From NCBI GenBank assembly GCA_040766505.1, contig JAXGQJ010000007.1:21232-85231 (forward strand): 64,000 bases of DNA. The letters run 5' to 3'. Every line of letters begins with the position of its first letter. Position 1 is the stretch's first letter. Below are positions 1 through 11,032 of the stretch, one piece after another. The notes under the pieces are model-generated. The model was not told the DNA's origin and did not search any database. It saw nothing but the letters and a program-made list of their open reading frames with translations. This DNA comes from Clostridiales bacterium. GTDB taxonomy: Bacteria > Bacillota > Dehalobacteriia > UBA7702. The position numbers were made by a program, and so were the translations under genes.

Positions 1-1
1 T

Positions 2-409
2 AAAAAGGCCTGGGCTTTGGGGGCGGTGCATACCTGTTCCGTCAATGTCAACGGCTATTCCGATAAAAAGCAGCACAGCACCGGTTATGACCTGGCGCTG
101 ATCGCCACGGAATTTATGAAACAGGAAAGGCTCGCCGCCATCGTCGCCACCGACGCCTATGAGGTGCATTGGCTAAACCGCAGCGATACGTTGGCCATCC
201 ACAATACCAACCATATGTTGGGGGACTATCGGGGCTGCAATGGCATCAAAACCGGCACCACCAGCATGGCGGGGAAATGCCTGATCGCTTCGGCGCGCCG
301 GGAAGGGCGGCTGCTGATCGCCGTCGTCCTCAACAGCTCCGATCGCTACGGCGATGCCACGGCGCTGCTCGACTGGGGCTTCGGCGAACCGTTAGAAAAG
401 GAAGAATGA
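2..409 (+). CDS. serine-type D-Ala-D-Ala carboxypeptidase (low-MW PBP, DacB-like), C-terminal part; 5' end lies outside the window
   Basis: Open frame from the window edge. Translation has a KTG box ([17 protein letters not shown]) and a tail typical of PBP5-type carboxypeptidases. TGA at 407-409. Confidence 0.8.
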   Translation, partial: KKAWALGAVHTCSVNVNGYSDKKQHSTGYDLALIATEFMKQERLAAIVATDAYEVHWLNRSDTLAIHNTNHMLGDYRGCNGIKTGTTSMAGKCLIASARREGRLLIAVVLNSSDRYGDATALLDWGFGEPLEKEE

Positions 410-420
410 GGAGGACGACA

Positions 421-870
421 ATGAAGGAAGTGGAAATCTATACCGACGGCGCCTGTTCCGGCAACCCCGGCCCCGGCGGTTGGGGGGCCGTTCTCCGCTA
501 TCGCGGCCGGGAAAAGGAGATCTCCGGCTATGCCGCAGATACGACGAACCAGCGCATGGAGCTAATGGCGGCGCTGGAGGCCCTCTCCTTGCTCAAGGAA
601 GCCTGCCGCGTGCGCCTCTACAGCGATAGCGCCTATTTGGTGCGGGCTTTTCGGAACATTGGCTGGAAAAATGGGACAAGTCCGGCTGGGTCAACAGCAA
701 AAGGAGCCGGTGGCCAATGCGGATCTCTGGCAAGGCCTGCAACGGGAAGCGAACCGCCACCAAATCGACTGGATCAAAGTGAAGGGCCACGGCGACAATG
801 AAAAAAATCAAGCTGCGACGCCCTCGCCCGCGCCGCGATCAAACAAAACCAAGCCCCGCCCCAAACCTGA
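421..870 (+). CDS. rnhA: ribonuclease HI, read through two compensating frameshifts
   Basis: N-terminus [22 protein letters not shown]...[13 protein letters not shown] is in frame 1. The middle ([13 protein letters not shown]...[13 protein letters not shown]) is in frame 2. The tail ([15 protein letters not shown] 868-870) returns to frame 1. Confidence 0.8.
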
Positions 871-1131
871 CCGCCCAAAACAGCCGCCGCCCATGTGTAG
901 CCCCATACATGGGCGGCGGCATGGTTCAGTTCCCGCACCGGATTGGACAATCCGATTGGTTATGGCCTACAATAAAAATGTCACATCAGCCAAAGTTGAA
1001 AAGTTGAAAGGAAGGAATATGCGGCGTCTTTCCCGCCCCGGCGGCGGCAAAAAGGGGAGCAAGCGGTTTTGCTTGCTCCTCGTTTTTAAGTGAATCAGCC
1101 GTTTTCCTTTGTTGGTATGTTCTTCTCTCGT

Positions 1132-2216
1132 TCAGACATTGAAGCGGAAATTGACGATGTCGCCGTCTTTCATGATGTATTCCTTGCCTTCCAGCCGCAC
1201 GAGGCCCAGTTCCGGCCTTTGGCCATCGTACCGGCCCGTTTTAGATCCGCAAGGCGATCAGCTCCGCCCGGATAAAGCCCCGTTCGATATCGGAATGGAT
1301 CTTGCCCGCCGCCTTGCGGGCCACGGTGTCCTCCGTATCGTCCAAGCCCGCACCTCGTCCTCACCGGCGGTGAAGAAGATCAGGCCGGGCTTTGATAAAC
1401 TTCTTTCGCCAGCCGTTCGATGCCCGGCTCTTCGATTTTCAGATCGGCGAGAAACAGCGCCCTGTCCTCCGGTTCCAAAGGGCGATCTCCTTCGGTTTTG
1501 GCGCTCATTTCCAAAAGCGCCCGCTTTCGGCCGGCGGCATATTGGGCCAGCCATTCCTTTTGCCGGATAGACGCCGGTTTTATATTGTTCCTCGTCCAGG
1601 TTGACGAGGAGGTGATCTACCGGTTTATCGGTGAGGAAGGTGATATGGGCAAGAGCGCTCCCGATCGGCATCGTCCAAGGCCATCGCGCCGACGGGAATC
1701 TCGTCCTCCAATTGCTCTTTGACCCGCTCCAGCAGCCTCTTTTCCCTCGGGTTCTCCAGCTTCTTTTTCCCCTGGGCGGCGATGCGCTCCAGCCGTGTTT
1801 CCACCACCTGCAAATCGGCGAGCAGCAATTCCAGATCGACGGTGGCGAGATCCCGCTTGACGTCGATGCCGTCGTCAACGTGGACGATCTCGTCGTTTTC
1901 AAAGGAGCGGAGAACGTGAACGATGACGTCCGCCTCCCGGATGGCATTCAAAAGCTGTTGCCGGTGCCTTCCCCTTGCTTGCCCGAACCAGCCCGGGAAT
2001 GTCGATGACCTCCAACTGGGCATAGGTTGTCTTTTTGGGGCGATAGAGCGCCGACAAAAAATCCACCCGTTCATCGGGGATGCGGGCGATGCCGTCATTG
2101 GCTTGGGTTTTGCCGGAATAAAAGTGGCTGATCTCCATTTCCTGCCCGGTTAAAAGGTTAAAGAGGGTTGTTTTCCCGGTGAGAGGAAGCCCCACGATGC
2201 CGCAGCGCAATGCCAT
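1132..2216 (-). CDS. ychF: ribosome-binding ATPase YchF, several frameshifts in this assembly
   Basis: [23 protein letters not shown] (P-loop), ...[26 protein letters not shown]..., and a C-terminal ...DIVNFRFNV stop. The pieces lie in three minus-strand frames. Confidence 0.85.
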
Positions 2217-2397
2217 GGTTTTGTCTCCTTTTTCTAACAAATCTCCGTTACGGGCCGCATTTTAAAATAATTTTTATCCCTCCCATTATATCGCAGACCT
2301 CCTGCTTTTACAAGCATTTGGCGATGCGGCCCATCCGGTTGTCTGTGGTGCGGTAAAAATAAACCTTTACCTTTCCGCGCTTTTATTATAAAATATT

Positions 2398-3189
2398 ATG
2401 AAAAAGGCAATAAAAATGAACGACCGTTTTATGCGCCGCCTCCTGGAAGACTATAAGGCGGGAACGATAAGTGAAGACAAAATTTTATGCCATCTCCGCG
2501 GGGAGCCCTTTGAAGATTTGGGTTTTGCAAAGGTGGATCACGATCGAGAGCAAAGGAAGGGCTTTCCCGAAGTCGTGTACGGCGGTGGCAAAACGGCGGA
2601 GCAGACCGCCGCGATTCTTGAAAGCCTTTGTCAAAAAGCGAGGGGAAATATCATTGCCACCCGGGTGGAAAAGCATGTTTACGAGGCAATCCGGCAGCGG
2701 ATTCCCGCCGCCGTTTACCATCCCTTGCCAAAGATGCTGACCTTCAAGCGTCATGAAAACAAACAAGTGGGATCCATTTTGGTATTGGCCGCCGGTACTT
2801 CCGACCTGCCCGTCGCAGAGGAAGCGGCGCTTACCGCCGAAACGATGGATAACCGGGTGGCGCGCGTATATGATGTGGGTGTGGCGGGTTTACATCGCCT
2901 GATCGCCCACAAGGATAAAATGGAAGAGGCCAGGGTGCTGATTGTTGTCGCCGGAATGGAAGGAGCCTTGCCCAGCGTTGTCGCGGGCATGGTTCGAAAG
3001 CCGGTGATCGCGGTGCCCACCAGCATCGGCTATGGCGCCAGTTTTGGGGGACTGGCGGCTCTGTTGGCGATGCTGAACAGCTGTGCCTCCGGCGTCACAG
3101 TCGTCAACATCGACAATGGTTTCGGGGCGGGCTATGCGGCCTCTCTCATGAATCATGTTTGTGAGGATGATGAGGAGGAAAAAAATTGA
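2398..3189 (+). CDS. larB: nickel-pincer cofactor biosynthesis protein LarB (AIR-carboxylase-like)
   Basis: 263-aa ORF with DHDREQRKGFPEVVYGGGKT and a PurE-like C-terminal half (LVLAAGTSDLPVAEEA...VVAGMEGALPSVVAG). Confidence 0.8.
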   Translation: MKKAIKMNDRFMRRLLEDYKAGTISEDKILCHLRGEPFEDLGFAKVDHDREQRKGFPEVVYGGGKTAEQTAAILESLCQKARGNIIATRVEKHVYEAIRQRIPAAVYHPLPKMLTFKRHENKQVGSILVLAAGTSDLPVAEEAALTAETMDNRVARVYDVGVAGLHRLIAHKDKMEEARVLIVVAGMEGALPSVVAGMVRKPVIAVPTSIGYGASFGGLAALLAMLNSCASGVTVVNIDNGFGAGYAASLMNHVCEDDEEEKN

Positions 3190-4379
3190 AGAAGAGAGTA
3201 GAGGTACTGCAGGAATATTCGATTCCATTGATAGCCGGCGTCCTCTTGGCGTTGGTATGGGCGAATATTTCTCCCGAGTCTTACCATCACTTTGTGCATT
3301 TTGAAGTTTTCGGCAGCGTAACGGTTCACTTCTTGGTTCAAGATGTTTTCATGGTCTTTTTCTTCGGCACCGCCGCGGTGGAAATTGTGGAAGCGTTGCA
3401 GCCCGGCGGCGCATTGAACCCGATACGGCGCGCCATCAATCCATTGCTCGCCACCCTCGGCGGCGTTCTCGGCCCTGTTTTGGTGTTTATCCTGTTGAAT
3501 TCGCTGATCGGCGGCCCCCAATATGCCAGGGGTTGGGGGATAGCGACGGCGACGGACATTGCCATCGCCTGGCTTGTCGGCAAGCTGATTTTCGGCCAAA
3601 ACCACCCGGCCATCAAGTTTTTGCTGCTTTTGGCCATTGTCGACGATGGCATCGGCCTCGCGATCATCGCCATTTTCTATCCCGACCCCACTTCGCCGGT
3701 GATGCCGCTGTGGTTGCTGCTCTGCGTGGCGGGGATGGGCATCGCTTTCCTGCTCAACCGTTTAAAGGTCAAGAGCTATTGGCCCTATCTGCTGACCGGC
3801 GGCATTCTCAGCTGGGTCGGCTTATACAATGCCCATATTCACGCGGCGCTGGCCCTCGTTTTTATCGCGCCCTTTTTCCCCGCGCCGCCGCGGTCGGTCA
3901 ATGCCGATCTGTTCGTTTCCAGTGAGGACGATAAAAAGTTCGCCCTCACCCGCTTCATGCACGATTGGAAGCCGGTGGTCGATTTTGGCCTTTTCTTCTT
4001 TGGCCTTGCCAATGCCGGCGTTGCCTTTTCCAATATGGGCGTGCCGACCATCATGGTCATGACGGCGCTGATCGTCGGCAAAGCCATCGGCATCACCGGC
4101 TTTGGCCTTTTGGCCACCAAGGTGGGTTTCCCATTGCCCAATGGCATGGACCGGCGGGATTTGGTGGTCACCTCCTGTGTCGCCGGGATCGGCCTCACCG
4201 TCGCGCTGTTTATGTGCGGCGCGGCCTTCATCGATCCCCATATCCAGGGCGCCGCCAAAATGGGGGCCCTCTTCAGCGTCTTTTCCGCGCCGATCGCCAT
4301 CGTCGTCGCCAAGATATTGCGGGTGCGCAAATATAGGCCGGAAGAGCGCGGGTTTGTGGACAAAGGGGACGTCGTTTAA
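3186..4379 (+). CDS. nhaA: Na+/H+ antiporter NhaA
   Basis: 397-aa polytopic ORF with NhaA hallmarks (GWGIATATDIAIA..., LLLLAIVDDGIGLAIIAIFY). It overlaps the larB stop by 4 nt. Confidence 0.9.
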   Translation: MKKRVEVLQEYSIPLIAGVLLALVWANISPESYHHFVHFEVFGSVTVHFLVQDVFMVFFFGTAAVEIVEALQPGGALNPIRRAINPLLATLGGVLGPVLVFILLNSLIGGPQYARGWGIATATDIAIAWLVGKLIFGQNHPAIKFLLLLAIVDDGIGLAIIAIFYPDPTSPVMPLWLLLCVAGMGIAFLLNRLKVKSYWPYLLTGGILSWVGLYNAHIHAALALVFIAPFFPAPPRSVNADLFVSSEDDKKFALTRFMHDWKPVVDFGLFFFGLANAGVAFSNMGVPTIMVMTALIVGKAIGITGFGLLATKVGFPLPNGMDRRDLVVTSCVAGIGLTVALFMCGAAFIDPHIQGAAKMGALFSVFSAPIAIVVAKILRVRKYRPEERGFVDKGDVV

Positions 4380-4459
4380 CCGGGCTGCCGGCAGGCGCCC
4401 GCTGTCGCCGCCGTCGCCAAAACGGCGAACCTTCAAACCGTCCCTACCGAAAGGTTTAT

Positions 4460-4495
4460 GGGCAGGCAGGTGTATACCGGCCTGCCCCACTTTTT
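4460..4495 (+). terminator. rho-independent terminator after nhaA
   Basis: GGGCAGGC-loop-GCCTGCCC stem followed by a TTTTT run. Confidence 0.6.
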
Positions 4496-4543
4496 AAAAA
4501 GGGTTGAATTTGCTCCGCGATAGAGCTGGAAGGTGGTTTTTGT

Positions 4544-4568
4544 CCGCCGTCGGTACGGCGGTTTTTTT
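4544..4568 (+). terminator. second GC hairpin plus T-run
   Basis: CCGCCG-tcggta-CGGCGG followed by TTTTTTT. Confidence 0.55.
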
Positions 4569-4627
4569 GTGAGCAAAAGGCGAAGCCCCTTTTCATTTCC
4601 GCCTTTTTCGTTTATGCTATAGGCGAG

Positions 4628-5353
4628 GTGATTTTGGTGTTGACGGAAGAAATAAAGGAACGGGCGCTTTTCTATGGGGCGGATCTCTGCGGCATCGCCG
4701 ATCTTACCCCGCTGGCGGCGGAGCTTGGGGCTTTCTACGGCCCGGCTTTCGCGGGGTTTCCCCGGGCGGTCAGCGTCGCCGTTTTTCTGCCCAGCCTCGT
4801 GGTGGACGAGCTGTTGACGGCGCCAAGCCATACCTATCTCGCCTATTATGACATCGCCAATGGCCTGTTAAATGAAATTTGCCTGAAACTTAATAAAGAC
4901 CTGGAGAAAAAGGGGTATGCCGCCTATCCGATTCCCGCTTCCCAGCGCAGCGGCGCCCACCGGGAACGGGGGATCTTCAGCCACCGCCTCGCCGCCGCCG
5001 CCGCCGGCCTCGGCTGGCTCGGCAAAAACGGTTCCCTGGTTCATGAGCGGGTCGGCCCCCGGCTGCGCCTGGGCACCGTTTTGACGGACGCGCCGCTGAC
5101 AGCCGACGCCCCCGTCGCCTCCCGCTGCGGCGATTGTGTACAATGCCGGGACGCTTGCCCTCCCGGGGCCTTATTGGGCCGGGAATACCTGCCGGGAGAG
5201 CCGCTGTCCGCCCGGTTTGTTTTTCAAAAATGTGAGGATTATTTGGCGGAAACGCGGCAGGTTTTCGGCAAGCGGATCTGCGGCCGCTGCATTGCCGTTT
5301 GTCCTTGGGGAAGGAGAGGGGAAAAGATTGGAAACGACGGAAAGGCAAAATAA
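4628..5353 (+). CDS. QueG/reductive-dehalogenase-related iron-sulfur protein (two 4Fe-4S motifs)
   Basis: 241-aa ORF. It contains GIFSHRLAAAAAGLGWLGKNGSLV...GPRLRLGTVLTD, then CGDCVQCRDACP and CGRCIAVCPWG. Confidence 0.6.
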   Translation: MILVLTEEIKERALFYGADLCGIADLTPLAAELGAFYGPAFAGFPRAVSVAVFLPSLVVDELLTAPSHTYLAYYDIANGLLNEICLKLNKDLEKKGYAAYPIPASQRSGAHRERGIFSHRLAAAAAGLGWLGKNGSLVHERVGPRLRLGTVLTDAPLTADAPVASRCGDCVQCRDACPPGALLGREYLPGEPLSARFVFQKCEDYLAETRQVFGKRICGRCIAVCPWGRRGEKIGNDGKAK

Positions 5354-6074
5354 ACCGGAAACCTTGACGGAAAGCCTCAAAGAACGGGCCATTTTATGGG
5401 GGGCGAACCTTTTCGGCGTCGCCGATCTCAGCCCCCGCCGGGAACGAGATCGCGGATCTCTTCGGCGCCGAGATGGCCGCCTTTCCCCGGGGCATCAGCA
5501 TCGCCGTATTCCTGCCCGGCGCGATTCTCGACGAAGTGCTGGAAGCCCCCACCCTCACCTATGCCGCCAGCTATGGCATGGCCAATGATCTGTTAAACCA
5601 GGTGGCCTTGCCTGCTCAACGGCGTTTCTGGAACGGGCGGGCTACCGGTCTTTTCCGGTTCCCGCTTCTCAAATCGTCGGCCCGATGATGGATCGGGGCA
5701 TTTTCAGCCATCGCCTGGTGGCGCATGAGGCGGGCCTCGGCTGGATCGGCAAAAGTTGTTCGCTGGTTCATCCGGAGGTTGGCCCCCGGCTGCGGCTGGC
5801 GACGGTTCTCACCGACGCGCCCCTCATACCCGGCAAGCCGCTGAAAAGCCGCTGCGGCAGTTGCCGCCAATGCGCCGATATTTGCCCCGTCGGCGCCCTT
5901 TTGGGCCACGATTATGCGGATGGGGAGGACAGGGATTTGCGCCTGCGCTTTCACCTTTGCGACGACTATTTGCTGGAAAAGAAGAAGGTTCTCGGCGAGC
6001 AGGTTTGCGGCCTGTGCATCGCGGTTTGCCCCTATGGGCGCAAAGGGAAAACGCGCCGGGAACAACCGGTCTGA
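5328..6074 (+). CDS. tandem paralog of the preceding Fe-S protein (frameshifted in this assembly)
   Basis: Three ORF pieces give LKERAILWGANLFGVADL..., AFPRGISIAVFLPGAILDEVLEAPTLTY..., and GIFSHRLVAHEAGLGWIGKSCSLV...CGSCRQCADICP...CGLCIAVCPYG. They are collinear with 4628-5353. An RBS (GGAAGGAGAGGGG) precedes a TTG at 5328. Confidence 0.55.
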
Positions 6075-6085
6075 GAGGGGATTTC

Positions 6086-6841
6086 ATGGCCTTGTTCGGG
6101 AAAAAGGATCCGCAAGCCGCTCTTTTGCGGCGTTTGCGGAAAGAAAAACCGCTGCGGGGGCGGGAGGTCGACGGTTTGACCTTGCCGGTTTTGGAAGCGA
6201 TGCGAGGTTTCTGGCCCGGCCTCTCCCCCGCCTATCGGCAAGATGTCGCCGGGGCGATGGCCGCCGCGGGGTTGACCCGTGCCATCGCCGCCGGACTGAC
6301 GGGAAAGAGCGGCAATTGGAGCGGGGAGGATGCCGCCGCTTTGATCATCGCCTTGGACAGCCGCTACTTCCGCCGGGACATCGAGGAACTGCTCTTTTCG
6401 GAAACGCCGCTGCTCCCCGCCCGCCTCGCCGAGGTTTTGGCCGCTTCGGCTTGGTCTTTGGAATTGCTGCCGGAAATCGGCGCGCTCGATTTGCCGAAAA
6501 AGATGGCGCTGTTGCAGGCGGCGGCGATCCGGGGCGCCGTTGGCATTGCGGCTTTGGCCGCCGCGCTGTTGCCCCAAGCGCCGCCGGAATGGCGGGGAGA
6601 GATCGTCGCGCTTTTGGGGCGGACAAAGGAAGAGGCGGCCCTCGGCCCTTTGCTGGACTGCCTCGCCGCCCGGGATTGGCGGCTGCGGCTCCGGGCGGCG
6701 CAGGCCCTGGCGGATTGGGAAGATCGGCGCATCCTTCCCCACCTGGAAGCCGCCGCCGCCGCTGCCGAGGGCCCCCTGGCCTATGTCCTTGCCGCCGCCA
6801 TCGAGCGGCATAAAAATGCCGCGATAAATAAGGAGGAGTAA
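6086..6841 (+). CDS. HEAT-repeat protein
   Basis: ATG at 6086 within the longer ORF 5756-6841. The C-terminal half has PBS-type HEAT repeats (GPLLDCLAARDWRLRLRAAQALADWEDRRILPHLEAA). Confidence 0.7.
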   Translation: MALFGKKDPQAALLRRLRKEKPLRGREVDGLTLPVLEAMRGFWPGLSPAYRQDVAGAMAAAGLTRAIAAGLTGKSGNWSGEDAAALIIALDSRYFRRDIEELLFSETPLLPARLAEVLAASAWSLELLPEIGALDLPKKMALLQAAAIRGAVGIAALAAALLPQAPPEWRGEIVALLGRTKEEAALGPLLDCLAARDWRLRLRAAQALADWEDRRILPHLEAAAAAAEGPLAYVLAAAIERHKNAAINKEE

Positions 6842-6844
6842 GAT

Positions 6845-7708
6845 TTGCAGTCGCTCAATGTCTGGTTTGCCGCCCTTCGCCAGTTTTGGGAATCTTCGGT
6901 TTTTCTTGCCGTAACGGTGGAAATCATCCTGGTGCTGGTTGGCGCTTTTGTGGCCGTCAAGGGCAGCCGCGTGCTGGTGGCCCGGATTTTCTCCGGCCGT
7001 TTAAGCCAGTACGACAAATCGAACCGCATCCCCACTTTGCAGGGGCTGATCAACAGCGTCGTCTTTTATCTCGTCGGCTTCATCGTCCTCGTCATGGCAT
7101 TGAGCCGTCTCGGCGTCAATGTCGCTTCGATCCTCGCCGCCGCCGGCGTTCTCGGCTTGGCGGTGGGCTTCGGCGCCCAAACCCTGGTGAAGGACATCAT
7201 CACCGGCTTCTTCATCATTTTTGAAAACCAGTTCGCCGTCGGCGAATATGTGCTGGTCAACGACACCGAGGGCACCGTGGAAGAGATCGGCCTCAGAACG
7301 ACGAAGATCAAACGGGGGGACGGGGCGCTGTACATCGTTCCCAACGGTTCCATCGCCGAGGTGGTGAATTTCTGCCGCGACAATATCCGGGTTTTTGTCG
7401 ACATCGCCGTGGCCCACGGCACCGATGTCGACGAAGCCGAGGCGGTCTTGGGGCAGATGATGGCGGCCTTCGCCGAACGGGAACGGGAAGCGCTGGTCGA
7501 GGCCCCCTCCTTCCTGGGGGTGCAGGCCCTCGGCGAAACCTCGCTGACCCTGCGCATCAGCGCCGTCACAAAACCGATGCACCAATGGCAGCTCGGCCGC
7601 GATTTGCGCCGGGGCGCCCAGGAGGCGCTGGAAAGTGTCGGCATTAAATCCCCCTATGCCGATTGGATCGCGCCGGGGCGGCGGCCGGGAGAGGGGGGCG
7701 CGCCGTGA
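6845..7708 (+). CDS. small-conductance mechanosensitive channel (MscS family)
   Basis: 287-aa ORF with N-terminal TM helices and an MscS beta-domain signature ([43 protein letters not shown]). Confidence 0.85.
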   Translation: MQSLNVWFAALRQFWESSVFLAVTVEIILVLVGAFVAVKGSRVLVARIFSGRLSQYDKSNRIPTLQGLINSVVFYLVGFIVLVMALSRLGVNVASILAAAGVLGLAVGFGAQTLVKDIITGFFIIFENQFAVGEYVLVNDTEGTVEEIGLRTTKIKRGDGALYIVPNGSIAEVVNFCRDNIRVFVDIAVAHGTDVDEAEAVLGQMMAAFAEREREALVEAPSFLGVQALGETSLTLRISAVTKPMHQWQLGRDLRRGAQEALESVGIKSPYADWIAPGRRPGEGGAP

Positions 7709-7914
7709 TACGCTTTGCCTTGGGAGACATTGTCCGCCTTAAAAAGCCCCATCCCTGCGGCGGCCATGATTGGGAGATTCTGCGCCTCGGCGCCGATCTG
7801 CGCCTAAAATGTCTGACCTGCGGCCGCCAAGTGCTATTGCCCCGGGCCGAGGTGGAAAGGCGCACCAAAAAAGTGCTGAAAAGCGGCGAAACACCGCCCC
7901 CTGCACCACAATGA
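7705..7914 (+). CDS. DUF951 family small protein
   Basis: GTG start overlaps the mscS stop. [47 protein letters not shown] matches the DUF951 pattern. Confidence 0.75.
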   Translation: MIRFALGDIVRLKKPHPCGGHDWEILRLGADLRLKCLTCGRQVLLPRAEVERRTKKVLKSGETPPPAPQ

Positions 7915-7981
7915 CGGCAGCCTGCGGCGGCGATCCGCCCGGCGCGGCGCGGCAACACAATTTTTTAAAAAAGAAGGTAGG

Positions 7982-9650
7982 ATGAAAATGAAGAAAGAAT
8001 TTTGGTTTACATTGTGTGGCGGCGTTTTGCTCATGGCGCTGTTCTTCGCCCCCCCCACCGGCGGCGCCGTTTTGGCGGCCAATCCCTTCAGCGATGTGAA
8101 AGACGGCGACTGGCACGCCCCCTATATTCTCGATCTGGTGGAGCGCGGCATCGTCAATGGCCGCACCAAAACGTCTTTCCAGCCCACCGGCAAGATCACC
8201 CGGGAGGAATTCGCGAAGATGCTGGCGGAAGCCTCCGGCGCCGATCTCAGCCCCTATGTCGGCGTCAGCCCCTTCCATGATGTGGCCAAAAACCGCTGGT
8301 CTGCCCGGCATATCGCCTGGGCGGCGCAGATGGGCATCGTCGAAGGGGTCGGCGGCGGCAAGTTTAATCCCCAGGCCCGCATCACCCGGCAGCAAATCGC
8401 CGCGATGGTCGCCCGCTACGGCAAAACGGCGTCTAAAACCCCGCTGCCCGGCTGTTCGCCGCTGTGGACTTTCGGGATCGGCAGCGGATCGCCGCCTGGG
8501 CGCAAGACAGCGTCGGCGAAATTCAGCAGGCCGGCATTCTCTGCGGCTATAGCAACCGCAGCGCATGCCGCTGGCCGACGCCAGCCGGGCCGAAAGCGGC
8601 GAAAATTCTCGACCTCGCTGCTCTGGATCACGGAAGAGGGCTATGTGCCGGAGGAAACGACCTACCGGGAACCGGCATTGGATGAAGACGGCCCTTCCCC
8701 AAAGCCTATTATGAGATTTTTGAAAAACGAGTCAAATGGCCATGCCGTCGCCGGCGTTCTCCTCGACCCCGCCACCGTCAATGCCAATGTGGCCCTGGCG
8801 GATCATTTCGACATCGCCGCCCATGCCCCCCTCTCCACCTTTGTGGCGCGGCACAGCGCCAAGGTGCTGGCCAATGGCGGTTACTTCGATTCCTCGGCGT
8901 TTTCCGCCGGCCACAATCGCACTTTTTTACGCTGGTGCGCAATGGCGAGGTGATGTATATACGGAACCAGGCCACGGTTCTTTCCGTCGATGAAAACGGC
9001 GTTCCCGCCATCGGCCCCCTTAGGATCAAATTGAAAATCCAGCAGGAGGAAGGCGACGCGGTGGAAACCAACTATATCAATATCGGCACCAGCAAGGAAT
9101 ATGAGGTATTGGAAATTTTCACTTCCCGTTGGGGCAGCCTCGGCTTTGCCGCCACAAAAGCAGTAGCGGTAAACGCCGCCGCCGAAATCGTCGCCATCGC
9201 GCGGAACAGGATATGGAAATCCCGCCGGAGGGGTTCGTCCTCTGCGGCGACCATGATCCTGGGAACCTTGGCCGTCGGCGACCAGTTGACCTGGACCCCC
9301 AATACACCAATGACGGCGGCGGCCGCATCCGGCGGCGCTGGGGGCCGGCCCCGTCTTGGTGAAGGACGGCGTCCCCGGCTATGACTATGCGGGAGAGGGC
9401 TTTACCCGCTGCCGAAGGGACCCGCGCTGCGCACCGCCGTCGGCATCCGCGCCGACGGCATGATGATGGTGATCGTCACCCGGACGAAGGTACCGCTGGC
9501 GGAGTGCCCGGGCTGATGAAGGCCTGAGCTGTGTCGACGCGATGAACCTCGACAGCGGCGATTCCAGCAGTATCTCTATGCCGGCGGCAGCTACCTTTTG
9601 ACATCCGTGCACAAAGTCAACAATGTCCTCTATTTTAGCCGCCCCCCTTT
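7982..9650 (+). CDS. secreted SLH-domain protein with a C-terminal phosphodiester-glycosidase (DUF2233-like) domain; several frameshifts, 3' end uncertain
   Basis: Signal peptide MKMKKEFWFTLCGGVLLMALFFAP. Three SLH-like repeats (FSDVKDGDWHAPYI..., FHDVAKNRWSARHIAWAA..., FRDRQRIAAWAQDSV...). Then ...VLANGGYFDS..., ...PRTAVGIRADGMMMVIV..., ...DAMNLDSGDSS... in shifting frames. Confidence 0.65.
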
Positions 9651-9706
9651 CTTTGGGCAATTCAACTTGCAATTTACGCTTTGCCTTTCCCTGGCTTTTT
9701 TTGCTC

Positions 9707-9735
9707 TTGCGGGATCAGAAAAACTGTGGTATACT
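9707..9735 (+). promoter_or_regulatory. sigma-A-type promoter upstream of rpsF
   Basis: TTGCGG-N17-TATACT with an extended -10 TG (TGgTATACT), about 65 nt upstream of the rpsF ATG. Confidence 0.45.
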
Positions 9736-9799
9736 ATTATCCGTTATTCCCTGCCCTTTTTTATGAGGGCCGTTAGTCCATAGGGAGGAGGTGAATAGG

Positions 9800-10095
9800 A
9801 TGCGCAATTATGAAACCGTATATGTTCTGCGTCCCGAATTAGACGAGGAACAGGTACAGGCGGCGGTGGATCGCTTTTCCGACGTGATTACGAAAAACGG
9901 CGGCGAAGTAACCAAAGTGGATCTTTGGGGGAAGCGGCGCCTCGCCTATGAGGTAAATAAAATGCGGGAAGGCATCTACGTTTTTCGACGTTCAGGCGGA
10001 GCCGAGCCTGCCGCTGGAGCTTGAACGTAATTTTAAAATTGCCGATGAAGTCATCCGTTTCCTGGTTGTTCGGGAAGATGAATAAGAAATTCAGG
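9800..10095 (+). CDS. rpsF: 30S ribosomal protein S6 (one homopolymer frameshift)
   Basis: [18 protein letters not shown]...[20 protein letters not shown], then FDVQAEP...[10 protein letters not shown] after a T-run (5 T where 6 restore the frame). RBS GGGAGGAGG. Confidence 0.9.
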
Positions 10096-10112
10096 TGATG
10101 ATATGTTAAACA

Positions 10113-10498
10113 GAATCGTCCTGATCGGACGCTTGACAAGAGATCCGGAACTGCGTTCCACATCCAGCGGTATCCCGATTTGCGACCTTCACCCTCGCGG
10201 TGGATCGCAACTTTAAAAGCCAGTCCGGCGAGGAGAACGGATTTCGTGCCGATCGTCGTTTGGCGCAACCAGGCCGAAACCTGCGCCACCTACCTTTCCA
10301 AAGGAAAGATGGCGGCGGTGGACGGCCGTTTGCAAATCCGCACCTATGAAGCGCAGGACGGCACGAAGAGAACCGTGGCGGAAGTGGTGGCGGACAATGT
10401 TCGCTTCCTGTCGCCTAAGGACAGCGGCAACGACGCTCCACTCAATGCCGGATTTTGGCGCCGATGAAGTGGCGCCGATGGACGACGTTCCATTTTAA
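10113..10498 (+). CDS. ssb: single-stranded DNA-binding protein (frameshifted)
   Basis: MLNRIVLIGRLTRDPELRSTSSGIP..., then ...VPIVVWRNQAETCATYLSKGKMAAVDGRLQIRTYEAQDGTKRTVAEVVADNVRFL and the acidic tail ...DDDVPF stop. Confidence 0.9.
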
Positions 10499-10513
10499 GA
10501 AAGGAGACCTCAC

Positions 10514-10761
10514 ATGGCGGAAAGAAGTTCCCGTCCCAACCGTGGACGCAGGGTCAGAAGAAAAGTTTGCGCCTTCTGCGTGGACAAGATCGACCATATC
10601 GATTATAAAGACACGGCCCGCTTGAGAAAATATATCAGCGAAAGAGGCAAAATCTTGCCGAGAGAAGAATCTCCGGCAATTGCGCGAAGCATCAAAGAAC
10701 TTTGACCCTGGCGGTGAAACGGTCGAGGCAGATTGCCTTATTGCCGTATACGACGGAGTAA
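10514..10761 (+). CDS. rpsR: 30S ribosomal protein S18 (3' frameshift)
   Basis: ...[36 protein letters not shown], then a shift to ...[19 protein letters not shown] stop (TAA 10759-10761). Confidence 0.9.
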
Positions 10762-11032
10762 AATGCCAAGAACCGCAAGCCCAAGCGCCCGCGGCGCTAT
10801 AGATTGGGATGCTTGAAAGCGGGGTTCGGCCCCCTTTCAGACGATCCCTGCTGTACAATAAACAGTTTGATTTTATTTCGATGTAATGGTCGCCGATTCT
10901 TTCTAAAAACATTTTATCTAAGATATAAATTCGCCCAGGGCGACTTTGTCTACACTTTGGTATCAAGATCTTCTTGGGGCTTTTTTACATGGCGGCTGCC
11001 AGCCATACAAAGGAGGCCAGCGATGAAGGAAA

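Noticed and set aside
1132-2216. ychF, and other frameshifted core genes, as true pseudogenes indicating genome decay
   Set aside because: The breaks affect many essential genes and sit at short homopolymers, so assembly error is the simpler explanation.
5756-6085. N-terminal extension of the HEAT-repeat ORF (the track ORF starts at 5756)
   Set aside because: The extension overlaps the preceding Fe-S gene in another frame and is arginine/proline-rich low-complexity sequence. The ATG at 6086 gives a sensible start.
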